A stretch of 55,904 nt of DNA, the filler included, from Sphacelaria rigidula (Eukaryota): assembly GCA_964200075.2 (NCBI GenBank). It is 4 parts of 4 records of this genome, joined end to end, with 100 filler letters (N's around TTAATTAATTAA, not from the genome) between each part and the next. Parts side by side here need not be neighbours in the genome. Positions count along the whole stretch, not along the records: positions 1 to 13,905 come from CAXNAA020002596.1; 3 more parts are not named here. One strand, given 5' to 3'. The position numbers and the translations under genes are program-made. The notes under the pieces are model-generated. The model saw only the letters and a list, made by a program, of their open reading frames with translations. It was not told the DNA's origin and ran no database searches. Shown in pieces: positions 1 through 11,369 of the stretch. The stretch's first letter is position 1, and every line of letters begins with the position of its first letter.

Positions 1-50
1 AACCGTCAGAAGGTTTCGAGGTTACCAACTGAGCCACCGGGGCGACCGGC
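1..50 (-). mobile_element. 5' head of a tRNA-derived SINE, cut by the contig end
   Basis: The reverse complement GCCGGTCGCCCCGGTGGCTCAGTTGGTAACCTCGAAACCTTCTGACGGTT is nearly identical to 36026-36075 and contains a Pol III A-box (TGGCTCAGTTGG). Confidence 0.75.
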
Positions 51-1242
51 TTAGTCTGCGCCTGTTTATCAGAATGGCAACTGTGAACAATGCTTTTAAA
101 GGCTACGCTTCACACACAGCAACAACAAACAGGTGGAGATATGACGGCAACTTCAGCCGGTTTCTAAGGCACCTCGGCGATGAGAACGCGCTCATTGAAC
201 AATAGGAATGCATTGGAAAACTGTACAACTGTTGGCATGGCACGTGGACGGCGCAGTTGCAATATTTAGCGACATGCCGGTCGTACGATGATTGTGTTGA
301 TCACCACGCTCGTGAATTTTGTGACGGAAGATATACACCGTACTCGGGACGCAGATATATTAGATATTCATGTGGTTTCGGGGGCCAGTGTAGAAGAAAA
401 ACGGATAACCACAGGAGTCGCCGTACCTCCCTTTGCTCGTATCACGACATTGCACGAACTGATCAAAACAGTTCAAAACCCAGGCCCATCGAACGGGCTG
501 TAATACCCCAGCATCAGGTGTACTAATAACTGCACATGATCGTGTCACAAAACCATCACCACTAAAGCGATCCCTGCTGGGTTCGTTTGTACGTAACAAA
601 CTATAGAGTAGTGCTCCAACAAGGAGGTACTACAAGAAACATTGAGAAGAAACAACAGATCGTGTTCCATAGTGTACTGTACTACTACTCACCACGACCC
701 TTTCCAGCTCGACCAAGTCCGCAATTTGGTGGAAGTCGGTCATGATGTTCTCCGCCTTGCGTGCCCGCAGCAGCAAGAGAAACATATGAGTAAGGTTTAG
801 GGATCATCGCTTTGTTGTAAGATAAAGGGGGAGTGGGGATGTGGAGTCACACTTCATCGACCTGACCACTTTCCAGACCAGCCATGCGTGCCATTTCCAG
901 CCGGGAAAAATGTAGGACAAGCGGGAGACCCAGAGTGATCATGTTATTACCTTTGATTAGCATTGGTTTACAATGTTCGTGTACACGTCACCTGGGATGG
1001 CTTACCTACCACTCCAAATGTATCTGAGCAACACAGTAGCGACCACTGAGTTATTCCGGCCCACGAAGAAATCATATATATATATATATATATATACTCA
1101 TGCTCTCAGCATCTTGACTTGTCTGCTCCATCTTGTGTTGAGATAGCGCACAGTTGTAGAACATCACGCAGAAGAGATAAAAGCAAACAGCGTAGACCAT
1201 CTCTAGTGGAGAGCAAGAGACACTGATTTTGTTGTGCTTTTC

Positions 1243-1636
1243 TACTTTCTAACAAGATGTTCGCGAGATTAGGAACGGATATTTTTTTCGGAACGGGAGT
1301 TTTTTTTGTGGTTTACACCACGACGGTAGAATCGTCCGAAACGGCCGTCATCCCCTGAAAGCTCGTGATCCGACGGAAATTTGGCGCAATCAGATTTGAA
1401 ATCGGTGACGCCTTTCATGGGATGCGGTCGAAGTGTGCTGAAGTTTATTTTCACATCCTTCCTCATATCTGCACTGACCACGTCAAAATCAAGTATTTTC
1501 ACACGAAGATTACCGTCATATCACGGGCTTTCAGTGTGGTGATGGCCGCTCCGTGGTGGTGTAAATTACGAAAAGCCTCCAGTCCCGGAAAAAAAAGTCC
1601 GTTCATCTCACGAAGAACATGTTGTTTAAGTAAGTG
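1243..1636. mobile_element. Degenerate foldback element (MITE-like) with ~150-bp inverted arms
   Basis: The left arm (AACAAGATGTTCGCGAGAT...GGATATTTTTTTCGG...TTTACACCAC...CTGAAAGCTCGTGAT) aligns with the reverse complement of ~1490-1636. No ORF; boundaries approximate. Confidence 0.65.
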
Positions 1637-2440
1637 GTGATGAAACGCGTACAGTACAGGTGACACGATGTGACATGCACCTCAGCATCAGAAAATACTT
1701 TTCCTCCTCCAACTTATATGCAAACGCTCAGGTCCCACCTCCTCTATTTCGTGCTGTGAATATTTGAAAACCAAAAGTAAGACGTCCGAAACCAAATCGA
1801 CCACAAGCGATCTACTGTAGGTGGGGTTCACAGTTGGGTCGTGACTCTCTCAATTTCTGTAGCACTACTTCAGCACTGTTGTACTACTGTACACTTGCCA
1901 TCGCGCTGACTGCAAACATACTGTTGTGTTGTAGGTCATTTATACTGTAAGTACGAGCTGGGCCAGCAGTACATCCCGCATTTGCATCTCCAACTATAAC
2001 TCGTCAAGTTTACCAAATCAGCTCGACTCGCGCATATCGCTGTGAACTGCAGACCAACCTGGAAATGCACGGCACCGCCGCTGCTCGATTGGCGAAGTTG
2101 AGACAATGATGTTATTGTACTGCATTGAGTGCCGGGAGCATCTCGTGTCGTTGTGTGATACTGTAGCGTGTCTGATGACGTTTCGTTTCACGAATTGCGA
2201 AGGAATTACGGTAGGCAATTGCGCTGCACAGGCACGCGTTGACTCGACATGAGCAGGCAAAAACACACTGGCAAGAGTAGTGCTGCAAGATGGCATCAAA
2301 GTTATCAACAGCTCCATCATGGGAGAGAAAATCCCAGCCGACGGTCATTTACCAGCGTAAGAAGGAGAAGTACTACCTCAAACCGCGCTCTACACACCCC
2401 AGATGCAAGGCGCTATGCCAGATTATGCGCAAAACAAAAA

Positions 2441-2508
2441 TGGTCGTGTCGGGATTCGCACTCGTGACCTATGTAGTAAGAGGCTGTTCTACCAGTTTGA
2501 CCACCGGG
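2441..2508 (-). mobile_element. Degenerate tRNA-like SINE head
   Basis: The reverse complement CCCGGTGGTCAAACTGGTAG...GAGTGCGAATCCCGACACGACCA has A-box-like and B-box-like motifs at tRNA spacing but no clean cloverleaf. Confidence 0.35.
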
Positions 2509-2524
2509 TGCCACACGAAAAATT

Positions 2525-3587
2525 GGATGCTGTGGGTAATTCGAAGAGTTATCAGACGCTGAAATTTTCAGGGAGGGATACGTGACACGTGAACGTGAAC
2601 GTGACGGGAATCACGTCCGTAAAATGTAACGTTAAGTGAACGTGACGTTAATCACGTTGAAAAATTAACGTGACGTTTCGTTACATGTAACGTAATATGT
2701 AACGTGACATTGTCACGTGTCATGTATTATGTAACGTGACATTGACACGTGTTACGTTCGAATGTAACGTTTCAGTTTCGTTTTTGTTGGGTACGTCCAT
2801 CATGAGACCACGGACGGATCCATGGGGGGTCAAATAAAGTGCGACAATCAATCAAATCAAAATAAGTCATAAACACGTTACATGAAGCAGTGAACAATTC
2901 AACTCTGCGATGAATTTTGAAACACGCTCTGAGGAAAAAAAGAAGGAAGTGAGGAAAAAAAAAGAGGGATCGAACAGAACGACATAGCAGACTAAGTCGT
3001 GACAAAAAAAATAAGAAGTTAACGCAAGCAAAGCACAGAAAGAAATGGTTGACCTAAAACAAGAAAATGGAAAACAAGAGAAAGTACAAAGCGAATAAAA
3101 TAAAATACAATGAAAAGATGTAGAAAAAAATATACATGTACATATGTATGTAACGTGTAACGTAACATGTCACGTGTCACGTTCGTAAAATTTAACGTTA
3201 TGTGAACGTGCCATCTGGAAATTTAACGTTACGTGAATGTGACCTTAATCACGTTGAAAAAATTTAACGTGAACGAAAAGTGAGGCACAAAACGTAACGT
3301 TCACGTCACGTGTCACGCTGTATCACGTGTCACGTATCCCTCCTTGGAAATTTTGACGCAACATTTTTATCATTATTACGCACAACATTTCCCGAGGTGC
3401 ATCCGTATTTTTCTTTCTCACGAAGTTATTATAGATTTTTTCTAGTTTTTGCAGAAACTTCATCGCTCTAACTTCCTGTTCTTTCTTTCTTGTCAATGCA
3501 CCTCGCGAAATGTTGTGCGTAGTGGTGAAGAAAAACGTTGCGTCAAAAATTCAGCGCCCAACTCTTCGAATTACCCACTGCATCCCC
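2525..3587. mobile_element. Foldback MITE interrupted by a hAT-type MITE
   Basis: With 2569-3354 removed, the left arm GGATGCTGTGGGTAATTCGAAGAGTT..GCTGAAATTTT|GACGCAAC..TACGCACAACATTTCCCGAGGTGCA pairs with the reverse complement of ~3497-3587 (TGCACCTCGCGAAATGTTGTGCGTA..GTTGCGTCAAAAATTCAGCG..AACTCTTCGAATTACCCACTGCATCC). Confidence 0.8.
2569..3346. mobile_element. hAT-superfamily MITE (778 bp)
   Basis: 24-bp TIRs CAGGGAGGGATACGTGACACGTGA / TCACGTGTCACGTATCCCTCCTTG (1 mismatch). Perfect 8-bp TSD GAAATTTT at 2561-2568 and 3347-3354. Dense subterminal ACGT/CACGTG repeats and an A-rich non-coding core. Confidence 0.9.
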
Positions 3588-5199
3588 AAAATCTATACAA
3601 AAATCACTGTCGGCTGGCCCAGCCTGTATGTGAAGTACATCATGTATCTAGAATCTAGTGCGCAGTGCCGATAAGACGAAGAGTACCGATGCAGAGACAG
3701 GCGAAGGGTTTGTGCTGCTCGCAAGCAGGCAGTGGGAAAGCAAAGCTCACTCACGTCCGGTTCTCCTTGCAGCTGGGACGAAGTCTGCATTTGTGCGTGG
3801 GTTGCTACCGCTTCCTGCCGTCGACGGTACAGCTCGTGTCGCCGCATGTGGCTCTTGAGCATGTTTCGCCGGATTAAGTGTTTCAGCCGAGTTCCAGTTT
3901 GTTTATGCAGATCACCGCTTCTTACTCCCAGCGGTGAAACCTGTGTCACCTGCGTGGTCTTCGGTGACGACTCATGTTCCTCGGAGATGGTACCGCCACG
4001 GGATTCGGTGGCGGTTTGTCCTTGTTGCTCGACGCTGCTCATCAGATAGATATTCAGCGATATCAGATGCTGTTTTCAGAAAAAAACGAGTTCTGGAGGA
4101 GTTGAGACACCATCAGCTGGGGGCGCAGTCCTCATCGCCGCCGTATCAAATTGAAAACACAGACACTCGCGAATCAGTGAACACCTCAGCGGAGGAAGTT
4201 TTATTCCTCACTGACACTGATAACCCTATTGCATCGTGAAAATGGCCACAACTCTATTACTGACGAAATCAAGTCTATCAGGACCGTTATCGTCTCGAAC
4301 AGGTTGTGAAATAGCGGTAGCGGCCACTTCCATACCCCGTTCTTTCCGACGCCAAACGGCACTAAAAGGACCGCAATGATGGGGTGGGGTCCTGGAAGCT
4401 GGTAATGCGGAACACGACGATCGAAGCGGGGCTGGTGGGAACAGAGACGGCGAGTACCGAGAGGGAGCCCCAATGGGGAAGGGGAGCGAGATAATATAGT
4501 GTGCAACAGATTGTGAAATTCTTGTTGAGCTGCTGGTGGCAGCAAACGTAACGCATAGACATCCGAGATGGGTTTGAAGGATTCGGGCAATCCGTACGTG
4601 ATGGGCCCTGGCATTTGTGCCGACTCGATTGCAGCGGCGCACAGTGCCCAGATGGGTGAGTGGAAAGTGGAGAGATTGGCAGAGCTTTTTTCTCTTGTAG
4701 TGCATTGCGCGCTATGTACGTGTTGGTTTTCGGGGCGTCATTAGAGATCCATTTCATATGTTGGCGGTTCTTGGGGGTGGTGTTGGCGTTGATGGAGGGG
4801 TGCATTTTGGGAAAACAGTTCCAACACATCGTGCCTCTTCGACTCGAAAAACCAAAACGCGTCTCTTGTACATCGTAGGAAGACACTGCCCTTTACTACT
4901 GTAGATAGACAGTTCCGGCTCACTGTACTTATCTCTCTGTACTTGAACGCTTCGGAGTGCGCAGGGGGTAGCACATCTATCACCTCCGCTACTACAACCC
5001 CCGCCGCCTCTTTGGACTTCATGAAAAAAGTCGACACAATGACCAAATACCATGATAAAAGTACAGTGTTGCGCCAAAAGAAAGAAAAATAAAATCGAAA
5101 CAGAATCTGACCACCTTTCCCTGTAGTGCGCACCCCCGCCGCGCACAATACCAGATGTAGCAACGTGGAACTGTTGATTGTGGTTTGCACAACATATGA

Positions 5200-7220
5200 G
5201 CAAAGTTTCAGCGCCTCGCAGCGGCTACAGCGCGCGTAAGGTCGTGCGCCATGAACTGCGCAGCTTTACCTTCCGACTGTGTGCCGATCGGTACACTACA
5301 GGTGGTCATGATCCAGAGAGGGTCGCAATACAGACCGGTGTCCGTTTTCTGCCACATCGGCCGCTCAGCCGCGCTAAATGTCCAAGTTTGTGCATCTGCG
5401 CGTGCACATATGCGTTCACCTGTAGTGCGCAAAGTCTGGGCAGCTGCATAGCCGAGTTGAGAGCTCATGGACGGCATTTCCCACAACCGGTTGGGGTCAT
5501 GTTGTACGGTGTTCCCCAGCCCAATCGCGCGGATGCTGTGGGCATATGCTGCCTGTGTTGTGCCCAACTAGTGTGCAAAGGTTCATGATAGAACACGCAG
5601 TCAAAGCCAAGAAACCCACAACTCAAGTTGCACTAAAAAACGTGAGATCCGGTTACGCCCTGATTACGCCGCATATCATATGCGGTTACGTAGCATTACG
5701 GTACGGGCATACTGTCTGTAGACCGTACATTGCATCAGCGTATTATACTGCACGTTATATAGTGGTCATGACGGAGTTTTCAAATTTCAAAACCATCAGC
5801 TACGCCGCCAGGAATGCATGCAAACGATTGTGCCGTTCTTCAGTGCGACAAAAGCAAATGAGATGCTTCTTTTTCAAGCGGATTGTACACTCCATATACT
5901 ACGCCCTGGGCGTGGTGGTGCGCTGGAATACCAAGTGTGGTCGCCACCTATCGTGATACAATGGGACCCGCAAGGCACCCGTACCGAGCAACACCATGCA
6001 CACCGCTGAACGCGGGATATGATCACGTTCTCGGTCTGCAACTTGTGCCAACGATCCAGCCTTGAACATAGCTTTTCAGACATGCCGTGTGTTGGGCTGT
6101 AGGTCGTCCCTCTGGGGCACCTCGCTCGTGTGAACTACACCTACTTTGCGGATGATCCAAGCTGGTATTTTATACAATGATTCTTGTATGCGAAAATCGG
6201 CGTACATTTGACTTTTTTTTTCTTTCGGCGCAACACTGAGTAGTTTGAAAGTCTTTCCAAGCAGCTGCATAAGCTGCAGGAGTGAATCAAAGTATATAAA
6301 CATGTCCTCAAGTAGATCGATGTTCAACGCCCCTTCTGTATGACGCAGGGGTCTCCAGCAGCCAGATACCTCGGCACCGAGTTCATGGTTGCTGGTCGTG
6401 GAATAATAATTAGGCCCATTATTATGGACACAGCTTTTCCAGAGAATTCAGAAAATTTCAGATTTTTTGGACTCTGTAGCTCTATATGCAGACTTCTCCG
6501 AAAACGAAACGGCTCGATTTTTTCTCCGAAGCTTCACTTTTGGAGAAGTCCGAAAAATTCGGACTGCAACGCAGCACTTTGGAGGGCTGCCCTGCGAATA
6601 CGCCGTGGCGCTCGCAAGCATTTGAGAATCATCAGGTACCTTACCAGTCCCGATGATCTCGGAGATCTCCGAAAATGCGGTGTCGATGATAATGGGCCTT
6701 GAACTAAAATCAGCTATTTTTCCGTTGTTTTCTATGATTCTTGAACGGATTTACTTCGGGACTTTTCTGTTGGTTACACGTGCGTTACTCAAGTCCCATG
6801 TCGTGGAGAGGTCAACGAGGTCGAATTGCTTGGGTATTTTCTTGTCCAGGCCCGGTCTGGGCTTCATTTCCCTCCACTAGCTTGCTACACCCCAGGACAG
6901 TTCTAGTGATGGTATTTTCACAAGCACCAAGTCATAAAGCAAGCTTACGGTATACCTTCGGAAGGGGGCGGAACTCTGGCACATGGGGTCGCATACGCAA
7001 GAGATTTGCATGTTTGCGTTAGCTGTCTGATATCCCGTGTGTAGAGTGCTTGGTCCTTGTCGCCATCGTATCTCTCAACAACTTTCTGTCGCGGTACCCA
7101 CTGTATCTTCACCGCAAGATGCCCCAACCCTGGGCAGCCCGTGGGCATCGCGTGGGTACTGTCTGTACGGCACCGATCAACACGAGCCTTCCAGAACAAA
7201 AACAAGACGGCCAATGATGA
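5200..7220 (-). pseudogene. Highly decayed L1-clade-like LINE ORF2 (reverse transcriptase) remnant
   Basis: Minus-strand fragments occur in the expected order: GDKDQALYTRDIRQLTQTCKSLAY (~KGDK..YRPISLL..K.LA), KIPKQFDLVD (~D..KAFD.V), DLLEDMFIYFDSLLQLMQLLGKTFKLLSVAPKEKKS (~FADD.LIF...F...SGL..N..KS), KLCSRLDRW (~KI..RL..W). Many stops and frameshifts; boundaries approximate. Confidence 0.5.
6412..6699. mobile_element. MITE with AGGCCCATTAT termini, inserted in the LINE remnant
   Basis: Left AGGCCCATTATTATGGACACAGCTTTTCCAGAGA versus right reverse complement AGGCCCATTATCATCGACACCGCATTTTCGGAGA. Same terminal motif as the element at 42022-42294. Confidence 0.75.
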
Positions 7221-9113
7221 GGTGCCAGCAGCATTGATGCCGATATAGTTCTTTCCTCGGGGTTGTGCGGTTCGGGCAGCATGAAACAGCGCACAATGAC
7301 GACGATAGCACTATCTTATCTCATGCCCCGTATCCAAAGCCGTGCAGGATAAAGGAGCAAGCTAAGCGCAAATGAAGACTGCAACGCCAACCTCGGCCAC
7401 CAGACCGCAAGCACGACGACGTTCATAGCAAAAGTTAGGTATACACCAACCCATTTACATAAGGACAACGCACTGCTTGTGAGATCGTTGTTGTCCTGGA
7501 TACCCATCTCTCTGCCGCACGGTACTGTACTGCGGCTGCGGGTTGCAGAATGCCGGCGAACACAAGTGTGACGGGGTCCATGCTACAATCAAGTTTGCGT
7601 TATATAATGCGTTATATGATGTAGAGGGACTGGTAAAAAAAACAATTTAATTGCTTGAAATTAGGGTATGCGTTATATAATTTGACCCGTACTCATGGCA
7701 TCACCGCCGGTACCTCCGAACGAGTACCTTACCGATGTCACTTGTTATTGCACCACATCAGTTCAACGTTTTTGACTCACGGTCAAATCGTACCAACTTC
7801 TCGACAGCAGTGCACACCCTGCTTGGTGTCCAGTAATCTGTTCGCAAGACGTGGACTAACGGAGGTCTGACGACGTCCGGAAGTTGAATTGTTTGAATTT
7901 AGAATCGCTTTTGGTGATACAGATCCGTCATCAGTCACCCAGAGGTGTCGAGCTGTGTGACACGTGGGCGTACTGCAATGATACTCGTAAATTGTTCACA
8001 CGTCGGACAGTTCAGTTCAACTCACTTTACCTCGATGTAAGTCATTTTCGCCTAACTCAGCGGTATCTTCTTCCATTGGCCGAGTTGAATGATACTGGTA
8101 TTGCTTAGCACTGATTTTTTCCGTTGGCTGACTATACCGTATAAGTCAGGGATGCTTTTTTCCACTGGCGAATGTTTTTTCCACTGGCTGCGCTATACGG
8201 CGTATCTCCGGGTGTATGTTGCCACTGGGATTTCTCAGGTGAAGATGTACCGCTTACGTGCTTTGAGTTTAGTGCTTTACTGCCCTGAGACGTGTCATCT
8301 CTAACACACTCGCACACACCAGACACACACAAGCGTGTCCGGTTCACAAAAAGCAAAGATCGAGTTGAGTTTTGTGCGACACACGGCACACGACGCACGA
8401 TTGTTTAGTATAGCATCCGCCATAACTTCCATAGGTGCAACGACAGATGAGGGCAGTAGTGAATATGACTTGGATCTCATGAGCGAGCAATAACAGCAGC
8501 AGAAGCAGCAACAATGGCCTTGTCAGCCAGCAGTACTCGTATTTTGTCGACCAAGATCCGCGGTGTTCGTTTGAGGACACCGAGGAGCATGTTACACACT
8601 TTCACCCGTTGAACAACTCAACTCACCTCAATTCGAGTTGACTCATTTTCGTATAACTCAGTGGTATCCAGTGTATGTGCGGAGTGATCACTTGTATGAT
8701 ACGTGAAGTGGAGATGAGACCGTTACAGGAGCAGGTCCTACCAGGGACTGTTGAGAGGCTCGGAATTCTCGTGCCTGTGCAGCCGCCTTTCCGGAACCTT
8801 AGGTAACAGGTTGCGACGGTAGAAGAGCTCAACAGAATAAGAGCCACCGTCGACCCCTAGGGAGTCACAACTCTTATTCGGTACCCGGTGCATGTTTACT
8901 CGACAGCCTAGCACCTGGGCCACGGTCAATCCCTGCCTAAATATCAAGGAGGAAAACCACCCCACTTCGCGGTTTCAACGCCGTTCCATATTGGCCACAT
9001 CCGACGGAGCACCGTGCAAATATGTGCAAATATGTCATGTCCGCGATGAACCATCTCGCGTGCTATGCACTGTATCAATCCCGAACAAATCGGCCATCAC
9101 AGTACTGTTACTA

Positions 9114-9141
9114 CAACAACAACAACAACAACAACAACAAC
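9114..9141. repeat. (CAA)n microsatellite
   Basis: About 9 direct CAA units. Confidence 0.95.
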
Positions 9142-9859
9142 TGCTGCTCGGCCGAGTCTTTACAACCTTTGACATACCAGAAAAGTTGCGTTCTGATCAG
9201 GACAATGAGTTTGAGACTCGCTGAGTATATCATGTTGCAAACGCTCCTCAACTTTCAAGAAATGCACTCAACGCCGTTCCGTTCTCAAGGGAACTCAGTT
9301 TCAGAACAAGTACAATCAAATTTACACGCCATGATTAGCGATATACAGTACTGTCAAACAAGATAGCTGAGCGACTATGCTATCCTTTGTGCAGATGGCG
9401 TACAATATCTCGTTCGGGCGTCAACCGAAGTTTGCCAGTTGACATAATCCTAGGCATTCCCGACGAGGGGCACGCCGCGGATGCTGAAGAGTACACGAAA
9501 GAAACGAAGACAACTTGCAGCTATTCGTAGCTTTTGAACTCGCAAGACGCAATTCGAAAAGAACGGTCGGGCAAGCACAAAGCAAAAAAATCCCATCCTC
9601 AAGCCATACCCGGTTTTTCACATGTGGCCAAGAAGTTTTATTATGTCGGCCACATCAGGACGTAGACGGCCAAAACCCAAAACTGGTACAGGCTGGTTCA
9701 CGGTGATCACCCAAAATTGTGTCATCAGCAACTGCCTCCCGCAATACGCACCCAATAGTCGCATATATTATACTATACTGACCGCAATGAATAGACGAAG
9801 AGGGTGACATAGTCGGATTTTTGTTTGAGGCCGTAGCGGTGACGCTATGGACGAAAATG

Positions 9860-10380
9860 TGTCTCAGCCAATCAGCACCCTTTAAAATGTTCCGAGATTG
9901 AAATTACGAATACCAAGCCCAATTTACACTCAATCTCTACATGCTTCAAATCGTAGTAACCGTCATCGACACGGAGATCTAACGAGAAAATCGTATTTTC
10001 AAAACGGTTACCACGGGGATCGAATTATACCCGAAACCGTGATGTTTCGATGATGTCCGGTGTTGGCGTCGTCTAATTTCCACTAATGATACGCACGAAA
10101 GACCCAAGGAGCCTCGTGACGGTGTCCCCTATATCTGTTGTACAAAAGCTCAGATCACCCTCAAACTCGGCAGTTCCGTAGGTATTGATGCTCAAAATGG
10201 AAAAATCGTATTCTTAACAATATATCATGGTTTCTCCGTTCTCTACCGGCTTCCGGGTGTCCCAGCATGAAGACCCTAAAAGAAAAATAATGAAATGATG
10301 CGTCCCGGGAGAGTAACACATGGACAAAGTTTGGTGGAGAAACTCGAAAACCTCATACAGTTTTTCTTGCCTTGACGTGA
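9860..10380 (+). repeat. Dispersed ~520-bp repeat, copy 1 (probable DNA transposon remnant)
   Basis: Colinear with the reverse complement of ~40322-40870 on another contig, e.g. CAAATCGTAGTAACCG, TCGAATTATACCCGAAAC, GGCGTCGTCTAATTTCCACT, CTCGAAAACCTCATACAGTTTTTCT. Confidence 0.8.
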
Positions 10381-10634
10381 ATTCGGAGTGCGTACTACAA
10401 AATCCGCTGATGTCGTTCAGGGCGTGGATCAAAATTCCTGAAGTGGGAAATACGGATTTGACCCGGCGAGTGGGGACTGGATTCTATCTGTATTATTCCC
10501 CTTGTGGGTATTCGTTTTATTGTGACCAAAGCTGGAATTGTAGGCGACGACTTGATGTGCAAGAACCAATCAATCAATCGGTACCGGCACGTGTCGTCGC
10601 CTCCTCCCCTCCATCATACCACTAACCAAAGCAG

Positions 10635-10753
10635 AGGCAACGATAGCTGCGATCCGTGCGGACCATGATGCCAAAATCGCGGAACTCATGGCTGATCTGG
10701 AAGGCACGAGGGCAGAGAAGGAGAGCGCGGACACCGAACTCGCCTACCTCAAG
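10635..10753 (+). CDS. Internal exon of an unidentified coiled-coil protein (ATIAAIRADHDAKIAELMADLEGTRAEKESADTELAYLK)
   Basis: CTAAC branch point, CAG acceptor, GT donor at 10754, GC-rich open frame, phase-0 end matching the next exon. Confidence 0.7.
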
Positions 10754-11249
10754 GTGCTTGATATAAGGGTTACATGCTGTGCCCTGTCGAGAGAGAGCAC
10801 GTGGTGTCTGCGGGTGTTGAGCAGCTGAGGAGGAAGCCGGCTTGGAGAAACCGGCCTCCACCGATACGGGGTACCTCGTGCTCGCCGCCTTCGTTCGTGA
10901 CGTGTGCTCTGCATCATTCCCTTTCTTTTCATTTTTTGCCTCACCTCAGGGACGTGCACGTTAATACCAGACCATCGTGCCGTGTCTTTACTTACCCCCT
11001 TTACGCTGTACTGCTGAATGCTAGGTAGGAATGTCTATGCCGGTGGGTGCGATGCGTCATTTGTACGAGTAGGTCGTCAGCGGTTGGATCGTTCGAGGAA
11101 GGCGGTATAAGTTGTACTCGAAGGGAACTAGCAGTGGCCATGACTGCAGTGAAATAGGGGCAGGCTCGAGGCCAGGGTTTGCGAAAGATTGTTGCACACC
11201 CGCCTGCTTTGATCTCCGTCGTTACCGTGCAAAATAACCAATCGTTCAG

Positions 11250-11369
11250 GCATCCGCCAGGAAGGAGAGACTCGTGTGGAATCAGGAGCGCACTCTTTTG
11301 AGCAGAAAGCTGGCGGAGGCCGAAGGGCGAGCTCGTGAGACGGCGGACGGTGTCGCCTCCCCCGAAGAG
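11250..11369 (+). CDS. Internal exon of the same coiled-coil protein (ASARKERLVWNQERTLLSRKLAEAEGRARETADGVASPEE)
   Basis: TTCAG acceptor, GTGAGC donor, 120 nt, phase 0/0, helical charged sequence. Confidence 0.75.
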
